From positions 960,001 through 992,000 of the forward strand of contig NC_009033.1 in the NCBI RefSeq assembly GCF_000015945.1: a stretch of DNA of 32,000 nt, read 5' to 3'. Of this stretch, positions 27,701-32,000 are shown piece by piece (position 1 is the first letter of the stretch; every line of letters begins with the position of its first letter). Origin of the DNA: Staphylothermus marinus F1. Lineage in GTDB: Archaea > Thermoproteota > Thermoprotei_A > Sulfolobales > Desulfurococcaceae. Below the pieces are notes generated by a model, which saw only the letters and a list, made by a program, of their open reading frames with translations, was not told the origin of the DNA and made no database searches. The translations under genes were made by a program, and so were the position numbers.

Positions 27701-29340
27701 ATGTAGAGTTATTCCTAGCAGTTCTCAACCCATCCTCAAACATAACCGGTGTAACCGCTGTAGATAATGAATGCTATGTACAATTAGACCTCAACGGAAC
27801 TATTTATTGGAACGGACTTGGCTCCGGAATAATGCTTGGCGGCGACGGACAAATAGTGACAGTGCTAGGAGTACTGGAAGGCAAACTAGACACAATCAAA
27901 GATGGTATTGCTGAGATAAATGCAACAGTTAACGATATCAATACATATCTAAAAGTAAATGTTACAGATCTGTTAAAAACGATTAACAACTCAGTTGTCA
28001 TGATCAAAAACGATACTGCAACACTAATTATAGGACAAGCAGAGATTAAAGCAAAACTAGATGACTTATTAAATCTAACATCACAAGTCAACGATACCGT
28101 AACAATGATACTAGCCTGCTGCAATAATGCAAGCAAGGTCTTAAATAGAATGGAGGGAACACTAAACTCTACATACACAGTTGTCTTAAACGTGAAAAGC
28201 GATCTATCGACATTAATTGATACCGTAAACAATGTGGTTATACCGAAGTTTAATGAACTATATGATAATGTAACCGTTGAAATAAACGCTTCCAGAGACT
28301 TAATAATCCAGAAGATATCCAGCGTTAATGATTCATTAACAACAATTATTAGTGCCGGATTTAATGATGTAGAAGCAATGATAAGCAACTTAAACACTAC
28401 ACTATTAAATAGAATAGACGAACTAGAAGGAACACTACTATTCTACATGACTGCCAACGAGCAGAGATTAGAAGGCATAATCAATGAAACAGCTGATGAT
28501 ATAGTTTATAGATTAACAGTAATCATTGACGACAGATATGAATCACTCAAGAATCTTATAACGCTTCGTGCTGATAGGCTTGAAATGATCATCAACGATA
28601 ATGTATCAACTATATTGGCTAGTATTGGAAACGTTAACCTAACAGTATTCAACAAACTCAACGATTTAGAGATAGAGCTTGGAGACGTTAATGCAACAAT
28701 TAATGCTGGCATATTCCAGATTCAAACAAACTTAGAAAACGCTAAACAATTAATATTAGATACATTAACATCTAGCAAGGTAGAAATACTAAATGCCATA
28801 TCAAGTAACGCTTCTGCAATCAGCTCAGAGATCACCAATGCTGTTAACCAGTTAAGCACCTTAGTGTTACAAGTAAACGATACATTAACATTAAAGATCA
28901 CCGGTGAAGCAGACAACATATTAAACTTCTTATCAAGCCTTGAAGGATCAATGAACACTGGATTTAACAATGTTACATCTACATTATCAGCTGTTGAGAA
29001 CAATATATTAGGTAAAATAACTGATACAAGCAACTTATTATCCAGCAAGATCGATAATACATTGTCTACGTTGCAAGACCTAATAACAAGCACAAGCAAC
29101 GACTTAAAGAACTCAATAAGTTCAGCAAAGAACGACATCGTTTCATCACTATCCAGCAAAGTAGATAGTTCAACACAGACCTTATCCACCAAACTAGACG
29201 ATCTGAAGAGTGCGCAGGAAAGCAACACTAACTCGATCAATAACAACATAATGTTATTCGGAGCAGCATCATTGATCCTATTAATTGTAACAATTGGTCT
29301 GGTAGGATACAGTTTAATTGCGAGAAGAAGAGTAGGGTAA
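24766..29340 (+). CDS. S-layer protein tetrabrachion precursor
   Basis: Signal peptide MNRVLAYSLLAIMTLSLLIIPAPGIAQ. Beta-rich, sequon-dense N-terminal ~1030 aa. A ~460-aa coiled-coil stalk holds the exact RHCC peptide. C-terminal TM anchor IMLFGAASLILLIVTIGLVGYSLIA-RRRVG (29248-29322). Starting at ATG 24766 gives 1524 aa and puts IINETADD at residue 1238, both matching my recollection of the published protein. Confidence 0.97.
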   Translation: MNRVLAYSLLAIMTLSLLIIPAPGIAQRITVGVSVKAGTYNFYNITPTTQTVEVTDNGMLRVIINRTEATELGTTIRLAFILDTDKYDPNVGGYFLNVSNIGVYAPSDPTQSPYGGVIDITQNSTLTDGTQVVGNVTVVNGGNNVIILIDLSKLPDLQNVVYITNVYTETSTTANLTNTLLRVKAFDAASWDAVISGNQFKILYIPSLCKYVKINVIHSPAIVGTNVDVIVSFHKYFSLVQSIAGVSLDITVDNKTQLNMTNYYNATENYVLATFINGNLTVGGSEVFSSPTVTVINASTFKYSGQVKDYAPTVADTATPWVRTLYKFEVEFRHEIVNETHDLIFYIHCDSDTVSYDTWPFLIVNASLDITTTEVAFNSTTINPGDIVNFTAHNVPLQYLTATNYGVLRFQLINPALVVYVPVSNMTLSANTTTGIINGSFVLPDAPYGGLDYLTYLVFNDGKFIANGYITVSPCIETYVLTNTSAYAEDAGSSYIGRFVPGYTSAPGDYIVIKGYGFALSNLTGFTVSINNTDVIILNATYNASTGKIIILAKLLDTNGTPIPVGAGFIRVGQNGTTNIAYAPFNVTRNSGLEKVLFNPRWFYNGTYYIEHDKLGDPYLYFPVDYPLVNNTFTTAMWPFNTTIEVIGWPTNTFTLKAFNKEFNLSFNLLTLSLTNGYNMTNLYNLTIPFLPYGNYTLLEGTLLSVNNRTVFTVHMGINVDLDSCRNGTLSITVVGAAPNTEYNFTFGYQVHELNYGITRYISPQWNGTWNISLVTDIYGTGSTSVPLITLYPTSYVINATWDVITWLRLNGSGTLDLLFSVDVSYNGFTDNLTTPITYVFGPSDTTPGSFNIYVNTTYNVSVVRVAVDYLPRTNVVISVPETVLPGDTITVQIFPHHNEVWGFIEPTALFDENQLLGWYLTVRLVDPLSNTVVERVAGYYAGNLIVEDVDGDGDNEVWFVVNLTAPLVLGVDKTYRVDVELFLAVLNPSSNITGVTAVDNECYVQLDLNGTIYWNGLGSGIMLGGDGQIVTVLGVLEGKLDTIKDGIAEINATVNDINTYLKVNVTDLLKTINNSVVMIKNDTATLIIGQAEIKAKLDDLLNLTSQVNDTVTMILACCNNASKVLNRMEGTLNSTYTVVLNVKSDLSTLIDTVNNVVIPKFNELYDNVTVEINASRDLIIQKISSVNDSLTTIISAGFNDVEAMISNLNTTLLNRIDELEGTLLFYMTANEQRLEGIINETADDIVYRLTVIIDDRYESLKNLITLRADRLEMIINDNVSTILASIGNVNLTVFNKLNDLEIELGDVNATINAGIFQIQTNLENAKQLILDTLTSSKVEILNAISSNASAISSEITNAVNQLSTLVLQVNDTLTLKITGEADNILNFLSSLEGSMNTGFNNVTSTLSAVENNILGKITDTSNLLSSKIDNTLSTLQDLITSTSNDLKNSISSAKNDIVSSLSSKVDSSTQTLSTKLDDLKSAQESNTNSINNNIMLFGAASLILLIVTIGLVGYSLIARRRVG
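28477..28626 (+). other. RHCC segment (right-handed parallel four-helix coiled coil, undecad repeats) within the tetrabrachion stalk
   Basis: Encodes IINETADDIVYRLTVIIDDRYESLKNLITLRADRLEMIINDNVSTILASI, recognised from memory as the crystallised tetrabrachion fragment. Confidence 0.9.
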
Positions 29341-29372
29341 CTATAACGTAGTCAATGTGCTATATTAACCAA

Positions 29373-29382
29373 TTTATTTTTT
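29373..29382 (+). terminator. oligo-T tract (TTTATTTTTT), candidate archaeal terminator after tetrabrachion
   Basis: T-rich run 33 nt after the TAA stop. Archaeal RNA polymerase terminates at oligo-T. Confidence 0.35.
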
Positions 29383-29524
29383 AACATTCTGAACATTTTA
29401 TCCGGCTTTAATCCTACTCGTTAAATTCTATATATACTTTGGGAGAGATAGGTGAAACTATTCTTATTAGTTCTTTTAAAAACCCATATCTTTGAAACAC
29501 TATATTTCCTCTTGGTGAACAATA

Positions 29525-29854
29525 TTGAGGGTTATTTCAAATTATATATCCATAGCATTATTACTGATTATTTCTCTAGCTTTAACTTTTAGATTCCTAA
29601 ATATAATATTGAATGAATCAACAATCTTAACAAACAATATTGGTAACAATTTTCTATACGTAAATGGAGCGATTAACACTTTAATCGTTAACGATACGAA
29701 AATATTATTGATCAATAGAACTGTAACAGGCAAAATATTATTTATAGAAGGAAACTATACAACCCTATATAATGCTAGTGATCTATTATTAATTAAGACT
29801 TCTCCTTACGAGAAAATAATAATAGTTACTGAAGGGGATATTTACATTGGCTAA
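29525..29854 (+). CDS. hypothetical small envelope protein (N-terminal hydrophobic segment, 5 N-x-S/T sequons)
   Basis: A TTG start gives MRVISNYISIALLLIISLALTF. Same strand as tetrabrachion. It overlaps the next ORF by 8 nt. Confidence 0.4.
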   Translation: MRVISNYISIALLLIISLALTFRFLNIILNESTILTNNIGNNFLYVNGAINTLIVNDTKILLINRTVTGKILFIEGNYTTLYNASDLLLIKTSPYEKIIIVTEGDIYIG

Positions 29855-31904
29855 AGCATTATCTGAATACCCAGTTTTCCTATTAGTGATCGCTTCGTTA
29901 CTAGCTATAGTTCTCTTATCAACACATATTATGAACCAAATACTTACACAATACAACTATACTTTATCAAACAACCAAGAAACAATCCCAGATAAGATCA
30001 GATACTCGTTTATTAATGGTTCAATATACTTTACAGACATAAATAACTATGATTATATAATCGAGCTTCTAGCACAAAATAAAACATATAGAGTTTTAAG
30101 GCTTGACAGGATCAATAATTCGCTCTATGGACCACTAGTAATACCATCTAATTACACCTACATAGCTCTAATAGGAGTAAACAATGGTGTGACTAGGTTA
30201 TTGGATGTTCTTTTCAAGGCTAAACCTGTTAAAGAATTAAACTTTAGTGTAGAAAAAATTATGCCTCCAACAATTACTATATCGCCCAATGGATCAGTCA
30301 GCTACATAGAAGCTATGAAGGGGCCTTACACATATTATGAATTAGAACCAATTATATTAAAGAGAACAATAACAATGTTGAAGGGGAAGACATATAATAT
30401 AACATATGATTACATCATGGTAAATAATAATGTTTCAGATTCAATTGTTATGGATAGTAGATTTGTCGATCCTGATCTATTAGATCAAGTTTTAAATAAT
30501 GCTATAAATACTTATGGAAACATTACACAAGATAGATATTATACTCTAAGAATATACCTTAACAAATACTATGTTTATTCTTCTCTTAATAATTGGATTT
30601 TCGATTATTCTTATCAGCCTGAAATAGTAATTAATAAACAAGATAAAATAGCAGATATATCTATAGATGAACCCTATAGCTTAGTTAATGTTTCTCTTAA
30701 TCACGTAATTAAATATATACAAATAAATGATTTAGCCGGTAACCGATATAATGGAAAACTCACTGTAGACTATTATATTGTATTCAGTAATTCTACTTGG
30801 CAAGAAAAATATTTTATTAAGAGATATTCGGGCTATACTACTGTGCAGAATCAACAAATTAGCTTAAATCATAAAGTATATTTAAATTATACAGGAACTT
30901 ATTCTATATACATATTAGTAAAATATACTATAAGGCTATCTTCCGTATTTACCTACCCGGTTTATGTAACAATATCTTATTCACTAGAGGGTAACCATGG
31001 GAATAATATAGCTATAATTACTTATCTGGTAGACAAATTATTTATTAAAACAGATAATCGTAGATACTTAATTCTCCCATTTGATAATAATACAATGACA
31101 AGATTAAGCATTAATACATGGTTGGGTTCAGACTATTATAAATTATCTATAAACGGATCAGCATCGATGAATACACATATATTGAACATATCGTACTTGT
31201 CGCGTTTCACCACTTATGTATTAACAATAATAAGAGCACATCCTTCCATCATGATAGATAGTTTACCAGGTATAATTGTTTCTCCAATGGAAAGCACAAT
31301 CTATTATACAATAAATAACACAAAAACTAATACAATAACTGGAATATATACTAATAAATCATCGATCAAAGTTCAAGCCATATATTTACCAGTCATCAAG
31401 ATAGGAGATACTTTATTATCAAATATAACAAGTGTTGTCTACGTATACTTGAATAGTACTAATACAGTTATATACGCTAATAATACAATAATAGAATTGA
31501 ACTCGACTAGTGACTACTTCTTTTATGGTTTTATCGTAGTAGATAAGATATCTTATGAAAAACCATTGATTCTCATAGATTTTAGACAATTAAATTCTTT
31601 GTTAAAAACAATATTAGTAAATATATCGTTCATAGATAATACAACTGTACAGTTCAATACAAGTGATCCATATGATGCATTCATAATTAGTAATAAACCG
31701 TTAAAACAAATTACTGTATATATGTTCTTCTACAACAAAAATATTACAGCTATTTATTCTGTTGTAAAACATGGTTTCATAGGATTAATTGATGAAAACA
31801 ATATTGTCCATAAAGTATTATATGCTAGCAGATTACATCTCGTCAATAATCATTATTTCCTCGTAAAAGCTGAGAATTATGGAGTTGTTGTAGAATATAA
31901 ATAA
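29847..31904 (+). CDS. large hypothetical secreted/anchored glycoprotein, Asn/Ile/Tyr-rich
   Basis: TTG start after a GAAGGGGA SD-like run. The N-terminus MAKA/LSEYPVFLLVIASLLAIVLLS partly matches the class III (prepilin-like) K-A-L-S signal. I counted 26 N-x-S/T sequons by hand. No C-terminal TM segment. Confidence 0.6.
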   Translation: MAKALSEYPVFLLVIASLLAIVLLSTHIMNQILTQYNYTLSNNQETIPDKIRYSFINGSIYFTDINNYDYIIELLAQNKTYRVLRLDRINNSLYGPLVIPSNYTYIALIGVNNGVTRLLDVLFKAKPVKELNFSVEKIMPPTITISPNGSVSYIEAMKGPYTYYELEPIILKRTITMLKGKTYNITYDYIMVNNNVSDSIVMDSRFVDPDLLDQVLNNAINTYGNITQDRYYTLRIYLNKYYVYSSLNNWIFDYSYQPEIVINKQDKIADISIDEPYSLVNVSLNHVIKYIQINDLAGNRYNGKLTVDYYIVFSNSTWQEKYFIKRYSGYTTVQNQQISLNHKVYLNYTGTYSIYILVKYTIRLSSVFTYPVYVTISYSLEGNHGNNIAIITYLVDKLFIKTDNRRYLILPFDNNTMTRLSINTWLGSDYYKLSINGSASMNTHILNISYLSRFTTYVLTIIRAHPSIMIDSLPGIIVSPMESTIYYTINNTKTNTITGIYTNKSSIKVQAIYLPVIKIGDTLLSNITSVVYVYLNSTNTVIYANNTIIELNSTSDYFFYGFIVVDKISYEKPLILIDFRQLNSLLKTILVNISFIDNTTVQFNTSDPYDAFIISNKPLKQITVYMFFYNKNITAIYSVVKHGFIGLIDENNIVHKVLYASRLHLVNNHYFLVKAENYGVVVEYK

Positions 31905-31908
31905 TAAA

Positions 31909-31936
31909 CAATACTTTCACAATACTCACCAATACT
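31909..31936. repeat. three direct CAATACT repeats with 11- and 10-bp spacing
   Basis: CAATACT occurs at 31909-15, 31920-26 and 31930-36. The repeats start 5 nt after the ORF685 stop and lie 25-60 nt upstream of possible starts at 31961 and 31971. Confidence 0.7.
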
Positions 31937-32000
31937 TAAACGGGTTCTTCACATTAAAGGGTGAAGTATTTTGACAGACATTATAGGATTTATCCAAGAC

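Noticed and set aside
27804-29249. Long antisense ORFs inside the tetrabrachion stalk region (27804..28397, 28506..28712, 28722..29249 on the minus strand).
   Set aside because: They lie opposite a gene identified with very high confidence. Their translations are low-complexity Ser/Leu/Ile strings, as expected from the reverse complement of a biased Asn/Thr/Leu/Ile-rich coiled-coil region with few stop-forming triplets.
31961-32000. A possible gene start at the right edge: GTG 31961 (MKYFDRHYRIYPR) or TTG 31971 (MTDIIGFIQD) after a GGGTGA SD-like element.
   Set aside because: Only 10-13 codons are visible, two frames are equally open, and nothing is recognisable. This is too little evidence for a feature call.

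Overview
AT-rich crenarchaeal chromosomal DNA, almost certainly Staphylothermus (marinus-like). The 1524/1527-aa ORF at 24.8-29.3 kb contains, residue for residue, the peptide IINETADDIVYRLTVIIDDRYESLKNLITLRADRLEMIINDNVSTILASI, which I recognise as the crystallised right-handed coiled-coil (RHCC) fragment of the S-layer protein tetrabrachion. The window is mostly tightly packed housekeeping genes. Left to right: a partial topo VI-B start; a minimal archaeal type IV pilus-like locus (pilin, FlaI/VirB11-type ATPase, FlaJ/TadC-type membrane protein); a tRNA-maturation/charging run on the minus strand (endA-like subunit, hisS, rtcB); a DUF996-like membrane gene broken by a perfect 80-bp tandem duplication; an MtnA/aIF-2BI-family isomerase; an intron-containing tRNA-Pro(CGG) with a textbook bulge-helix-bulge motif; rpiA; a SWIM-finger protein; an Elf1 homolog; GGGP synthase; MazG; Sec61-beta; a tandem GNAT; a four-subunit 2-oxoacid:ferredoxin oxidoreductase operon (gamma-delta-alpha-beta); PCNA; a polytopic-membrane HerA/VirB4-like ATPase coupled to a small acidic/basic protein; a divergent Lhr-type helicase; a PP-loop (PAPS-reductase-family) protein fused to a 2x[4Fe-4S] domain; tetrabrachion; and two downstream sequon-rich envelope ORFs. 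I see no CRISPR array, transposase, integrase or recognisable defence island. I cannot point to a clearly novel system. The best candidates for uncharacterised biology are the membrane-HerA plus charged-partner module, the PP-loop/ferredoxin fusion, the two-gene module co-oriented with tetrabrachion, and the 80-bp frameshifting duplication. All functional calls come from motif recognition by eye; no searches were run.
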